Assembly: GCF_006345805.1 (NCBI RefSeq)
Contig: NC_042998.1
Location: 180,792,001 to 180,856,000, forward strand
Length of the DNA stretch: 64,000 bases
Direction: 5' to 3'
Source of the DNA: Octopus sinensis
Lineage: Eukaryota
Under the pieces are notes generated by a model that was not told where the DNA came from, ran no database searches, and saw only the letters and a program-made list of their open reading frames with translations. Numbering within the stretch: the first letter of the stretch is position 1; each line of letters opens with the position of its first letter. A program made the translations under genes and the position numbers. Shown one piece after another: positions 24,683 to 38,592 of this stretch.

Positions 24683-25168
24683 TATGCTGGCCATTGATAT
24701 TTTATCCTACATTAGTTATAAATCTAATAGTGTTCACATCTGGATTCTCTCACTCTATGAAAGTTTCTAGATCGGATCACACGTGTCTCGAGATGTGCTG
24801 AAGATTTTCTATTTTGGATATATTTGGGGTACTTAGATCTGCTCAGGACATAGTGCTTGCCTTTTCCATAGGTATGAGTAAGTATTTCATTTATGTCTTA
24901 CGTATTTATCTCTGACGAGGGGACAATTCTTATGAATTAACCCCGAAATTGGGACCAATAAGGGAATAACGAATTTTTCAAGGCGCATAAATTATAATGG
25001 TTATTGACAATTTTGTCTATTTTTCGGTATATTTGGCATTAGAATTTTTCTCTTGCCCTTATTTTATAAGTTATTTATAAATTTAACCTTTAAAGGTATT
25101 TTTTCATATGCTGGCCATTGATAAAATCTGTTTTTCGAAAAAAAAATTTTTCCTACATTAGTTATATA
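24683..25168 (+). mobile_element. Terminally redundant ~430-450 bp unit with a hammerhead (pLTR/retrozyme-like)
   Basis: atatgctggccattgata at 24683 and 25106; tcctacattagttata at ~24706 and 25151; flanked by (TA)n. Confidence 0.6.
24901..24971 (+). ncRNA. Putative type I hammerhead ribozyme
   Basis: CUGACGA (24912-24918); stem II GGGG..aauuc-uuau-gaauu..CCCC; GAAA (24945-24948); stem III uugg-ga-ccaa; AUA triplet ending at 24960; stem I ucu/agg with further imperfect pairing. Confidence 0.65.
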
Positions 25169-25405
25169 TATATATATTTCCCCTTTAATTTAGTCAACAC
25201 ATAAGACAGCTATTCTGCTTCCTCCACACAAAAAAACCACCACGTGGATTCTGTTGAGACTAGTTAGAAACAATTATGAACTTCTTTATTACACTTAACT
25301 TTTTTAAATATTTTTGATACGGTTCGTTTTTTCAAGAAGAACCGAAACGTAAAATTTCTAAGAAAATTAAAATTTATCTTATATAGTGGCGTTTTCAAAC
25401 TTCTT

Positions 25406-25492
<87 letters not shown>

Positions 25493-26198
25493 GTGTGTGT
25501 GTATACACAGACATAGATTGTTACGCGGATAAATACTAACAGATACACACGCACAAACAGACACATATGCACGCACATATGTACTAGACTATAAACGTAT
25601 TCAGGCTTGTAACATTGCTTTATTTCCTCAGTATGCAGATAGTATTAAAAACTCTTTGGGAACCATTCATCTGACAATTAATTTTGACAGGAAAATAGTT
25701 GATAGTCGCATATATTTTTAAAGAATTCATGTCTGCACCTGGATTTATTAGATACTAGTTGTCTTTATTATTTTTGGCATTAATCGTGTGATCTTTTAAA
25801 CTCACATCAAGCAGAGCTAGAAAATGCCACCGGCAAAGGAAGTAGACTGATATCCCTATAGAATTTTCGAAACAAATACTATTAGTAATTATTTAAACTT
25901 TTGTCAACCATTACTGATGTTGGAACAGATTATGGTACCACGTAATTTAATTAGTAACTTGTGCGGTTGTATTTAGTAGAATGTAGTCATTTTAAGCAAA
26001 ACAATAAAATAGGGCTGGACTAAATTTAAACACTTTGATGTTAAATTCTATATATCCACATGTGTGTGCATGTGTGTATGTATGTATATGTGTGTGTATG
26101 TATGTGTGTGTGCGTATGTATATATATATACACACATAGAGAAGACACATAGCTAGATAAATACTTCTGTACATATATTCACACATATACTATTGCAT

Positions 26199-26231
<33 letters not shown>

Positions 26232-26437
26232 CTATAACAATCTATATACGTTCATAGACACACACATGTATGTACATATATTGATAAACACAGATACATA
26301 TTTAGTTATGTATGTATGTATGTATGTATGTATGTATGTATGTATGTATGTATGTATTCATGGCTAATTCTGTAAGTAAATTTATTGAATTATATTTATT
26401 TTCCTAGTTCAAAACATGAAAGCACTTATTTGGTAAG

Positions 26438-26495
<58 letters not shown>

Positions 26496-28432
26496 AAGAC
26501 GTATGTATGTATATATGTATATGAGTATGTGTCTGTGTGTGTGCGTGTGTGCATATGTGTGTGCGTTTGAAATACAATACATTGAAATTGATAGTAATTC
26601 GTTTAGTACCAACTATGCTTCTGATACACATAACCGTGCAAAACAAAAGAATTTAAAGTTTTTTCCTCCCTTACAACCATAAAAAATTCTAAAAATATAA
26701 AATCTCTTAAAAAATGAATATAGAGATAGAGAGAGAGAGATGCATACATATACAAACATATATGTATATATATGTGTGTGTTTGTGTGTGTGTACGCATA
26801 CACGTATATTCTACTTACATACATGTACATATCCATGCATGCATATAGACATATACACACTGCATACAACATCGTTCATGCTTTATTTCAGATCAAATCA
26901 TCAACTAGCTATTGATTTTATGGTAATTTCTACTGATTCCAAATGATCTACCCACAACAAATAATGCAATTTACTGGAGTCAGGGGTACAAATCTAAATC
27001 GGAAATCGATATCATATAGTGAGTAATCAAATTACTAGAGGGGAGGGTGTCAGTACTTGTGCAGAGTGGGTAGTGCATGAAATTTCGGTGGTTGGATTGG
27101 TGTATATGAGTGAGTAGTTTTGGTTGCTGTGAGGTGGAATAGAATGAAATTTGGTCCCATATTTACTCACTTGTGTCTGCTTAACATGAAGCCACTGAAT
27201 TTCAGAACTGAACGTGTCCACGTCTCATGAATATTCCTCTGTAACAATACACGTAAACAGCCGAACACATACAGGCATACCACACATGCACATAAGTACG
27301 TGCAAAGACACGTATGTATGTAGGCATACAAGTATTTAAGATGTTTGTATGAACTTATATGTATACACAAACATACATACATACATATTGGTGTACACAT
27401 AATGCATACATACGAACATACATTTTCATTTAGTTCTATACGTCTACAAATCACAGCCAGATTTATATGCACGATCTTTCGATGGAGTAGTGATGTCGAT
27501 ATGCATGAAAGGTTGAAGGTCTTACGATCGATATTTCAATAATTCCATTTGGCTTAATATCATTGTTATTTGTATTACAACAACTAATCGGTATTGTTTG
27601 TTGTTGTGTTTCCTTAGGTTGTTTTTGTTTGCTGCTCTTTTCTGAATAATTGTAACTATTATTGGTTTCTTTCAACTAAACACAAAATCCCTGAACAGAA
27701 TTGTTAGGGTTTTTATTATTATTAAAGGAGAATAAAGGGATGTTATGTTATGACGATAGATTGTGCCTCAACAACAGTAGTAGCTTTAGTGGAGTGAATG
27801 TGGAATTGCTTAGCATTCGAGTATCGAAATATTTTTAGCATCTCCTTGATATTTATAAACATCAGTCTTGTCTTTTATGATTACTGAAATATTAGAAGAA
27901 TTATGCTCTTGACTTTTCCAACAACTATAGGAACTTAAAGGGACATGAGACTATGGGAAATTAAAATCTTGTTTAGCAAACTATCGTTGACAGCCAATTC
28001 ACAGTGGCTTATCTTGCTTGAAATTGCAGCCATATTCCCTCAACTCACAGTATTGCAGTGTCATAAAAAGAATACATTTGATAATATATTTAATAGATAT
28101 ACAAACGAGAGAATGGTCTCAGTTGGAAAGCAATGCTCAATCGGGGTCGACCTAGAGTTAAACAACAACAGCATATAGCTAACTGACAGATTACTACTTA
28201 TATAATTCTATTATGTAACCAGCTGGGGATTAACACATATTCTATAGCACTTGCCTATAATTTTGTGTAAACGTTCATTTCTCTGAAGGTTGCACAATTG
28301 TATGCGCTACATTATTGTTGTCATCATGTTTTATTGGAGTAATTAAACATTGTAAAGTATTTCAGTTTGGAGTGAAAATGATTTTTGTCATGTTACCAAC
28401 CTATAATTCTTACTAATATTATTATTGAACAT

Positions 28433-28660
28433 AAGGCGGCGAGCTGGCCGAATCATTAACATGCCTAACAAAATGCTTAGCGGCATTTTGTCCGTCTTTA
28501 CATTATGAGTTCAAATTCCACCGACGTCGATTTCACTCTTCATCCTTTCCGGGTCGATAAAATAAGTAGCATTTGAACACGGGGTGGGGATCAATGCAAT
28601 CGACTCACAACCTCCTCTGAACTTCCTAGTCTTGTGACAGAATTTCAAACCAATATTATT
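28433..28660 (+). mobile_element. Older SINE A copy (tail2 type), followed by a more decayed copy to ~28850
   Basis: aaggcggcgagctggccgaatc..gagttcaaattcc..tcatcctttccgggtcgataaaataagta; attattg(tt)gaacataag on both sides. Confidence 0.8.
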
Positions 28661-29059
28661 GTTGAACATAAGTTCGGTGGAATTGCAAAATCATTACATG
28701 GTCGAACAAAATGCCTTGCAGTATTTATTCGGGATCTTTACGTTCTCAATCCGATTCATACGACCAGGGTCGACAAAATATAGTAATAAGGTTCATGATA
28801 TCGACTGAACAATCTCCTCAAATTTGCAGACCTTGTGCTTAAATCAAAAATGATTTCTGTCAGTGATATGACAGAAATGAAAGTGCAGCGAATAAAATTT
28901 TATTGAGACGCTTCGCTATGTCCCTTCCTATTCTGAATTCTTATCCCACTGGGATTCACTCTGGCGAACGCACCTCTTTAACGATACTAGAAGCCAAATC
29001 TGAAAACTTAGACCCTTTTTTCCAGAATATATTTTTTCGCCTAAAAATTATTGACACTC

Positions 29060-29420
29060 TGTAACGCTCTAAAACCCACAATAAGGTACTGCTCAACTCC
29101 TGCATACAGACATCCTAGGAAGCATCCAGAAGTCACTCGACTGACTGTCATAAATCACTCACAGACCTTCTCCAGCCACTGGTCCACAAATGTGTTGTCC
29201 TCTGTCTCTGTCTTTACTGCTGATACTAAAATGGCCTTGGCTGCTCAGAGCTACTTGATCTCGTGCCAAGATGTCCCTGACTCACCTGTCTTTATTTAAC
29301 ACCCATTTTGTGTCCTAATTCTCAAGCCTCTCACCAACAATTACCTATGTTTCTTAGCATGTAGGAAAAAAAATTTTCATGAACTTGCCGTCCAACCATG
29401 GGGATCGATCGTCACCGAAG
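29060..29420 (+). mobile_element. Decayed CR1/Jockey-group LINE 3' fragment
   Basis: ..YCS..SIQK..LQPLVHKCVV..LY.. resembles a LINE ORF2 C-terminus; heavily degenerate. Confidence 0.45.
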
Positions 29421-29657
29421 CCACACACTCCCTACAAAATTTGGTTGCGCCAAGACACTCGAAATCATGATCATTAAGGGCTACAAGGTTGAAGAGCGGC
29501 AACAGAAATGTTAGAACGACCGACAAGACAATTTGCAGTATTTTTGTTGCTCCTATTTTATTTCTGATCTAATTAAACATTGCTCGTCCCTTTGGTTGAT
29601 AAAATATGTACCACTCCAGGACTTGGGTGGAACCAGTCGGTTCCACACTTCTCCAAG

Positions 29658-29867
29658 GCGGCGAGCTGGCAGAAATGTTAGCACGCCGGGCGAAATGCGT
29701 AGCCGTGTTTCGTCTGCCGTTACGTTCTGAGTTCAAATTCCGCCGAGGTCGACTTTGCCTTTCATCCTTTCGGGGGTCGATAAATTAAGTACCAGTTATG
29801 CACTGGAGTCGACTTAATCCGTTTGTCTGTCCTCGTTTAGCCCCTTGTGGGTAGTAAAGAAATATAT
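29658..29867 (+). mobile_element. Full-length SINE A monomer (tail1)
   Basis: Head, B-box, core and tail1 present; perfect 13-bp TSD acacttctccaag at 29645-29657 and 29868-29880. Confidence 0.92.
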
Positions 29868-30627
29868 ACACTTCTCCAAGATGTGTGTCCTCGTAACTAC
29901 ATTCCAAATTATTGTTATTGTTGTTGCTGTTTTTGTTGTAGTCGTTGCTGTTATGGTGATGACTATGGCGATGGCAGTCGTAATGGAGATGATGTTTAAG
30001 TAAAATAATTTTGTTTGATTCAAAAGAGAATTTATCTGAATCTGCAAAATTATTAACTAATGCAGCCTGATTATATCTAAAACAGACTATCAATGGTAAT
30101 TAGATTTGAAAAGGAATAATCTTTTACATAACATAATAATATATAACATTTGTGTAGATGATAATGATGAAAAAGAGGAAAAGTTGATTGAAGACATAAT
30201 ACATTACTACTATTGTAACTACCACCACCACCACCACCACCACCAACAACAACAACACAACAACAACAACAACAACAAATACTGCAAAGCTTGAAAAGAA
30301 AAACGCAAACATAGCTGATTTGTTAATTAAGTTTGAATCTATATGAAAGTGTGTTCCTCGTTATTTGAGCGGCATATTTCCGTTGTGCGGGTCAGCTTGA
30401 TCCAGTTACTGATTACATTTCTGTACAAAGTATACTGAAAATTTTAGTTTTCTGAATTATTTGCGTTTTGTTTTTTCTTCTTGAGAACTTAGTGATATAA
30501 GTTTTTATGCCAAAACGATGGTGATATTAATCGACGCTGATAACTCGGTTCGTTATTGACGTTATTTCTCTTTTGTAAAATGAGTTTATGTCATGAATGT
30601 CATAATTTTTCGTCTACTAGGAATTTG

Positions 30628-30876
30628 ATGAGAGGGAGAGAGAGAGAGAGGGAGGGAAAGAGTGAGAGAGAGAAAGAGGGAGAGAGTGAGAGAGAGAGGA
30701 CGGAGAGAGTGAGAGAGAGAGAAGGACGGAGAGAGTGAGAGAGAGAGAAGGACGGAGAGAGTGAGAGAGAGAGAGAAGGGAGAGAGTGAGAGAGTGAGAG
30801 AGAAGAAGGGAGAGAGTGAGAGAGAAGAAGGGAGAGAGTGAGAGAGAGAGAGAAAAGAAGGGAGAGTGAGAGAGAG
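30628..30876. repeat. GA-rich minisatellite (~20-25 bp units)
   Basis: gagagagaagg(ac)ggagagagt repeated. Confidence 0.9.
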
Positions 30877-33007
30877 CAGTCGATTTTACCAACCCGATTA
30901 CGCTTAGTTTTATCGACCCCGGAAAGTTCAAAGATAAGGTGGATTTCGGCGGAAATGACCTCAGAGCTTAAACATCATGAACAAATACCGATGCTGTAAC
31001 AATTCTGCTAGTCCAACAACTCTGCAATTCTATTAATAATAAAGATAAGTATTAGTAGCTATGCATATATGTATTCAGCCGCGTTGTGAGATTTAGACAC
31101 AAGAGCCTTTTTTGACAGATAAACTGATACGAAATCGGTCTGTTTGTCCTCATCCCAAGTTGCTAATAGGGCCACCATGGAGCCAAATTTCTCAAAGACA
31201 TATGGAACCCCAATTCAACCATGTTTCATCAAACCTCTAATCAAGGACGTTCTAGTCATGTCCAGCCCGTAGTTTAGTACTATAATATCTAATGTGTCCT
31301 TAGAAAAAGACGGTGAATTAGTTGAGTACTTAGAGCGTAGGACAAAATGTCTAGTGAAATTTGTTCTAGTTCTGCCTTCTGAGTTCAAATTCTATCGAGG
31401 CTCGAACTTCATTCTCTCGGGGTCGATTAAATATAAATCTCTCTCTAGAGTAGGGAATTGGCAGAATTGCTAAAGCTTTAGATGAGACGCCTTGCAATAT
31501 CATTTCTCGTTCTTAGTTTTCAGTGGCAGTCTTAATCTGTCACCCTGCGTAATACCACACCACCATCTCATCTTTGGGTCTCTTTGATAGAGTCCGCTTT
31601 GTCGCAGATATTTAGTACATGTCTCTAGTTTGAAGGTACATTCATCTCTTCATCCTGCTCAGACGCCCTGAACAAATAAAGAAACATTGGCGCTGTCCTT
31701 TGCAGGGAGATTTGGTCGCTATTTTTAAAGGTTGAGTGATCACATAGAGCATCCATTATTGGAATTGTAGTAAAGTTTACCTACGTGCTAGAGTTTCGAT
31801 AAGCTTAATAAAGGATATATTTGCGAAATTATTTCAATTGATCCATTTCATTTAATCCACTTGTAGTAGCTTTGGCCTCCATGGTGACTAGTGACAACTT
31901 TTTCATCAATGAAATGTGAAATGTGAAAGAAAGAAGACTCAGGATTCAATAAAGCGCCATTATTTCAAATTATAATTCAGTAACAACCAGAGCAATAGGA
32001 GCACAGAAATATGCTTATGTGGGGTGTGATTACATTGGCTATATACAGTTTAATGGATGATGCTTTACATCCTACTTTTGTCGTACCTGAAAAGAAGAAT
32101 AATTGTGTCCACCAGTCAATAGGAGAGGTTTTTTCTCATTGAAGAATATTTTATTATGATGACGAAATGCACTATGTACGTATTTTTCAAAGTTTTTAGC
32201 AGCATGAGTAGAATAAACAGTTATTTCGTATGGGTTTTGAAACAGCGTTGTAAGACAGAGTAGTAGGAGCTTACCATTTGCTATATAGCGTGGAAGTCCG
32301 GTCATTAAAAACAAAATCTTTTGTTTGACCAGACGTAAAGGAAATAGTCTATTAAATTGACTCTCTCACATGACTTGTACTTATTTTATGTCATAACAGC
32401 TACAACAATATTAACGATAGCAATATATGGAAATAAATACGGCTCTGAGCATTTACTTCAATCTCCCTTTTACTAATATTTTTATGTAACATAGCGTTAA
32501 CTCTGGTTGAGTTGCGACCTTATATACTGGCCGGAGGATCGATTGTTCGTGTCACTTCATAAGTATTATGGTGAGCTATATTTCCCTGTTGTAGTTAACT
32601 GTTAGTACGGCATAATTGAGAGATGTTTTGTTAATCTGAATTGCTGGATTATTATACACTTTGAGCCTAAAATAGATAATGATATGCCATGCCATTTCAC
32701 ATACTCCACAAGGGATTGATGCTGAAATTGACTGAATCACACTAGAAGTTAATCGTTCCCACAGTAATTTCAGCTTAAAGCAAACGGTGTTTCCTGTATT
32801 GCATGTCATTTAGGATCTAAGATAATGCACAGGTATTCCCTGTAGCATGTTTCTTTGTACATCGTATTACATTAGCTCTAATAGCACTACTTTCTTGAAG
32901 TTTGAACATAGATTTACTGTATAATTACAAGCGTTTACGCTATTTGGTTATTATATATTTGCAAGTAGTCTAGTTAATTACATTCTGGTCTCTTAATATC
33001 TATCATT

Positions 33008-33069
<62 letters not shown>

Positions 33070-34435
33070 TATGAATATGTGCGTATATGTATGAATATGT
33101 GTGTATATGTATATATATTTCATAGAATTCATGTATTTATTGCCTATGTGATGTCGTACCATGCTGTTGAATTATTTTATAATATTTTAACATTTATTAA
33201 TGTGGCAGTGAATAGCCTAATTAATAAATCTCCAGTCAAAATATACAGCAGTTTTCAATTAAAACCTTTTACATCGTGAATTCCGATCCCGTTGGAGTCG
33301 CATTAGCGTATCATTCCACCTTAGAATTAATTAAATAATCACCACCTAGGATACTGGTAAAGCGCCAATCACCCTTAACTCTTCAATAAAAAGTCTAGGC
33401 TTGTGCTAAATTTAGAAACCAATACTTCACAAGTAGTTTTGTCTGCCCGTGATATGACGAGCATAAAGTAGAATTTGTATGTTTTTAAACATGAATTTAT
33501 TATGGCATGCAATGTCCTACAAGTTCTAAAGATCTCGCCGATAATATATCTTTGTTAAGTATTGATTTCTTTTGGCTTGTCATGTGATGTCTTTGTTTCT
33601 CACAGTAAATTTGTTAGTAGTTGTTGTTGTAATTCTACCAAACGCACTCTGTGACCTTTTAAAGTCTGCTTAAACACTCCATCAATCTATGTAAATAATT
33701 CTATATTGAAAACAGACTTATTCGGAGTTACATCTTAAGATCTTTTTCTTCAGATATAAGTTAGCAAATTCTTAGCAGATATCCGTCTGTTTATGTATCT
33801 ATGCATGTATCTATCCATCTATCTATCATCATATCTATCTACATACCTATCTAACTGTCTATCGATCTAACGATCTAGGGATAAAGGCTGGCCAAAATCT
33901 GAAATATAAATTACGTATGGCTTAATATATTTAGTCTTACTGCATTCAAATTCTGGGTAGAAACAATTTTAGCGAAGAACTGTATCGAAATATTGAAGTC
34001 TCGGGCACAATTGCGTCAATTAATATCACGTTTTTCCGTCTCTCAATAATTCAATTTATTGATTAGCTAATCTCTTTATTTACTGTGTATGTGTGTTTGT
34101 GCGTGCGTACGTGTGTGTTTGAGTGTGTGTGTGTGTGTGTGTGTGTTCGCACGCGCGTGTATGTGTGCCGGTGTGCCCACAGAGAGTGGGGTAAGGTAAT
34201 AGGAGAGGAAGGCATCAAACCACAAGTCTTTGAATGATAAATTTCATGCATTATAGGCACATGAACTCAAAATCACACACAAACATACATACATATATAC
34301 ACATACACACAAACATACAGACACACAGATACACACGAACAAACAGACATCGGATTTACTAATACAAAGTTAAATCAGAGGCTACTTACTTTGTGTCACC
34401 ATCAAGATTTAGAATAATATTAAAGTTATTGCCAC

Positions 34436-34565
34436 AAAGTCACTCACGAGGCTTTGGTCGGCTCGAGACTATTGCAGAACACACTTGCTCAAGGTACCAT
34501 GCAGTGGGACTGAACCCGGAACCATGTGGTTGGGAAGCAGGTTCCTACCACACAGCCACGACTGA
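34436..34565 (-). mobile_element. SINE B 5' fragment
   Basis: cactcacgaggctttggtcggctcgag..gggactgaacccggaaccatgtggttggg..ccacacagccac. Confidence 0.8.
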
Positions 34566-35362
34566 CTGAATTTTTCATATCATCCACGAGAAACGACAAA
34601 CGTTTGAGCGACTTCCTTAGCTTCTTGTTTCAACTGATTAAATGATTAAATACATTTAACACTTTTCACTGGTTAATTCACTGAACGGTTATCACTTTTT
34701 GCTGCAATATACTGCCTTGATTTGTTATAATTTTACTGCACAGGCATGTTAGACGCTTAACGCTCACCTGAATTTAGCATGGCAACTTATATTTTACCAG
34801 ATTACTTCAACAGATATTGTAAAATTTAACAATGCAAGTGCTAATGATGCTGATAAACACTTTTCTTCTCTTTCTCAAATATTTATAGTCTTTAATTTGA
34901 TTTCTAATGATATTGCTTCATGCTTATGTGACATGATTTGATAGCAAGAGTATTGAAATTTTTAAAAGCGGTACAGCGAACCACGGTTGAAAACTCCATT
35001 ATGCAAAAACAAACCAAGTGTGACCGACTGATTGCTAATAAAGCAGCATGATGATATTTTATAAGGAATTTCGCCTTTAAATAACGGGAAATGTTATTAT
35101 TTTATTTTATTCGTGGATTTAGCTATTAAAATAATGCAATATTGTGCTTCGAATTAACGAGGTTTTACTGCCAGAGGGAATGCTAAATAAGGCAGTGACG
35201 TATTGAGACATGTATGTATATTATGTATGTGATATGTTGAGACATGTATGTATATATCCAGGCATCCACATATACATATGTATATATTTGGATACACATA
35301 TGTGCATATATATGTGCATATTTATGTGTATACATATATATACACACACACGCACGCACGCA

Positions 35363-35484
<122 letters not shown>

Positions 35485-36049
35485 TTAGCAGCAACATCTA
35501 GCTAGGCCAAGCTACTACAGACTGATGAAGGGTAATTACCCTGGAACAAGTCGCAGGTTTGCTAGGTGGAGATGCCTATCTATCCTGTTTGAACGATTGC
35601 GTCGCGTAGCCAACTAGAAACGGTGCTTCTTGGGACCAAATAACAGAAGCATTCTTCCCCTTCCTGGGACTGTCACATTAAGTTGGCAACAAGCCATCAG
35701 TTAATCGTGCTGCTACTGCATAACTCTCTCTGAGAGATTTAGAAGTGCAATTTTTATATTTATTATGATTTTCCAAAAGATAGGATGCCTGTGACTTAGG
35801 AGTTTCGGCCTGCTAGCCATCGTTGGTGTGTGGTACGCTTGGATTCAGTCTATTAGCATAGACTGCAAATTCTGATAATGGTAACAGTGGAAGTGGGATA
35901 AATGGACACAGCCAGAGCCCAACAATTACAGTTCTTCTGGTGTGATAGTTTTTGGTAAGTATTCGGGTTGGGGGTGGGGGCAATAAACATATAATGGTGC
36001 AACAATTTCTTTCTTATGCCATTTTTATGGTTCTCTGAAATGAGTGGTA

Positions 36050-36900
36050 CAGATTGGCATTTTAAATTGTTATATCAGTAGTGTGCTCATGTTTTGAAGA
36101 CACTACCGAGGGCTTGGGGGGGAAATTGCATACCATTTCATAAGTTGTGGTGGTGTGATTTTGATTCAGTAACGAACCTTGCGGTCTTTCTGTTTTTGCT
36201 TTTGAATTCGTTGTACATAAACTCTATGGGTGTTGCCTGTGAAAAATTAGTGATAGTACGAAGTATGGTCCTTCGAATTATTTGTAGTCTATTGATGTTT
36301 GTTGTGGAAAGTTTAGAGGCTCTGTTAGAGTTGGTATATTCCATGATAGGTTCCATGTAATTTTTGCAAGCCACACTGTGTTATTTTGTTAGGCAAGTAT
36401 GGTGTCCTTGAGCGATCTACGTAAGTGGATCGTTTCCTGTTTAACCTTAGGTGTTTCATATTTGCTGTGAATCTTAAAGAGGTTTTCTTCGCACCAACTC
36501 ATAATGTTTATTTTTTTATTTTCAGAATATTGCCAATTTGACGTTGTTAAATAAGATGGTTGCTTGTATTTAATGTTCTGTAGTGATATTACTAGGAAGG
36601 AAGACGGTGAATTTGGTAGGTGTTATCTTAACTGTTTTGAGCTGAAGCCATAATTCTATGCGATTAATATTCTTCGGTTATCTGCTGGAGTTCTGAAGAA
36701 TAGAAAGAAAAGACTTGTGAATGTGATTTTATCTGTGGAAGAGGTCGTATGTAATTTTTGAAGGTTTGGGAATACCATATTGGTAATGGTTAAGAAGATT
36801 TGATGGGATGATATATCTTTGTGGGTATTCATTTGTAAAATGCAAATTCTGGTTATTTTTGCTTTTAGAATACATAATCTTAGGCAATGTTCCTTCGTGG
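36050..36900 (-). mobile_element. Decayed I/Jockey-group LINE remnant
   Basis: ORF 36138-36374 KNYMEPIMEY..LSTTNINRLQIIRRTILRTIT..TPIEFMYNE resembles a post-RT thumb region; upstream extent uncertain. Confidence 0.55.
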
Positions 36901-37150
36901 ATATAGTTATGATAATTGTAAAACAGCTAATAAACAATAAAATAAATATATGAATGACGAATCGAAAATATTAGTCGGACATTCGTACATATGTATACCT
37001 TCACAATTTTGTTTGTGAATGTGATGCTTTCTATAGTCTTTTCCATATGATGAGAAATAAAAATATATATAAAAAAGGGTTCAAGAAGAATGTATGATGG
37101 TTTGAACGTGAAATTTCATCTATTTGAAAGAGAAAAAAAACAAAGAAATA

Positions 37151-37736
37151 ATCCTTTCTAATATAGGCACCAGACCTGAAATTTGGAGGAGGGGGATAGT
37201 CGATGATATCGACCCCAGTGTTTCACTGGTACTTAGTTTATCGACTCAGAAAGGATGAAAGGCAAAGTCGACCTCGGAAAAGCAAAGTCGAACTCAGAAC
37301 GTAGAGACGGACGAAATACCTATTTCTTTTCTACCCACAAGGGGCTAAACACAGAGGGGACAAACAAGGAGAGACAAACGGATTAAGTCGATTACATAGA
37401 CCCCAGTGCGTAACTGGTACTTAATTTATCGACCTCGAAAGGATGAAAGGCAAAGTCAACCTCAGCGGAATTTGAACTCAGAACGTAGCGGCAGACGAAA
37501 TGCCTATTTCTTTACCACCCACAAAGGGCTAAACACAGAGAGGACAAACAAAGACAGAGAAACGGATCAAGTCGATTATATCGAGCCCAATACGTACAGG
37601 TGTTTTATTTATCAAACCCGAAAGGATGAAAGGCAACGTCGACCTCGGCGGAATTTGAACTCAGAACGTAACGGCAGACGAAATACGGCTACGCATTTCG
37701 CCCGGCGTGCTAACGTTTCTGCCAGGTCGCCGCCTT
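37151..37736 (-). mobile_element. SINE A trimer (head, tail1, tail1, tail2)
   Basis: Three cores; a single TSD aaacaaagaaata at 37138-37150 and 37739-37751. Confidence 0.92.
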
Positions 37737-38459
37737 ACAAACAAAGAAATAGTGATCGATCCAATCAAAACTTGACTTAATGTGGAAGGAAGGTGAACAA
37801 ACACACATAAATTTGTGTTTATGTGTGTTTTGGTTGGAGATTATTGTACTGTTTACGCAAATATATATGAATATGTTTGTATTTCTCTGTTTGGATGAAC
37901 ATTGTTGAATATTACATTGCATGTTGGCAGTGATTATTGAACGTTAAAAATCTTTCAATAATGAAGTATTCAGTAGAAATTTCATTGGAGTGCGGGGATG
38001 TCTATAGCTAATGAATGAGCAAGGATATAAATTATTTTTAAAAATGCAAGAATGAATGTGAATAACTATTTCTCCTCCACTCGAGAACAATCAGTGGTTT
38101 TAAAATAAAATGTTGATCAGCTTCCGCGAAATGATTGATTTTAAACAAATGCATTTTCAATAGTTTCGAGAACATTCAACGTTGTTATGCAAGAACGAAA
38201 TTCATGCAGTTTCATTCAGGCACTTTAAATTAACACGTGATTAAGATAATCAAATGGAAACTGAACCACTATTGAAAAATTGATAGTGACTCCAGTTTTC
38301 AGTTTTAACACAGCTGACTAAACACACTACAAGTAGTAGCTGGCGCCATTTTATCAGTTTATTCAAAATATTCACGTTGCTCGATCTTCAGACTAAACAT
38401 TGAATAAATTTTGCCAATGCTGGTTTTTTCTTTAGTAAAAATGAAAAGAGGTAAAAGTC

Positions 38460-38499
<40 letters not shown>

Positions 38500-38558
38500 G
38501 ACAGGCAGGCAGAGATTGAGAGACCTAAAGAGAAAGGTAGACAGAGAAAGTGAGTGCT

Positions 38559-38592
<34 letters not shown>

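Noticed and set aside
37406-37780. Recurrent ORF MRNWYLIYRPRKDERQSRPRRNLNSER (also at 14824, 20541 and others)
   Set aside because: Antisense translation of the SINE A core, not a gene family
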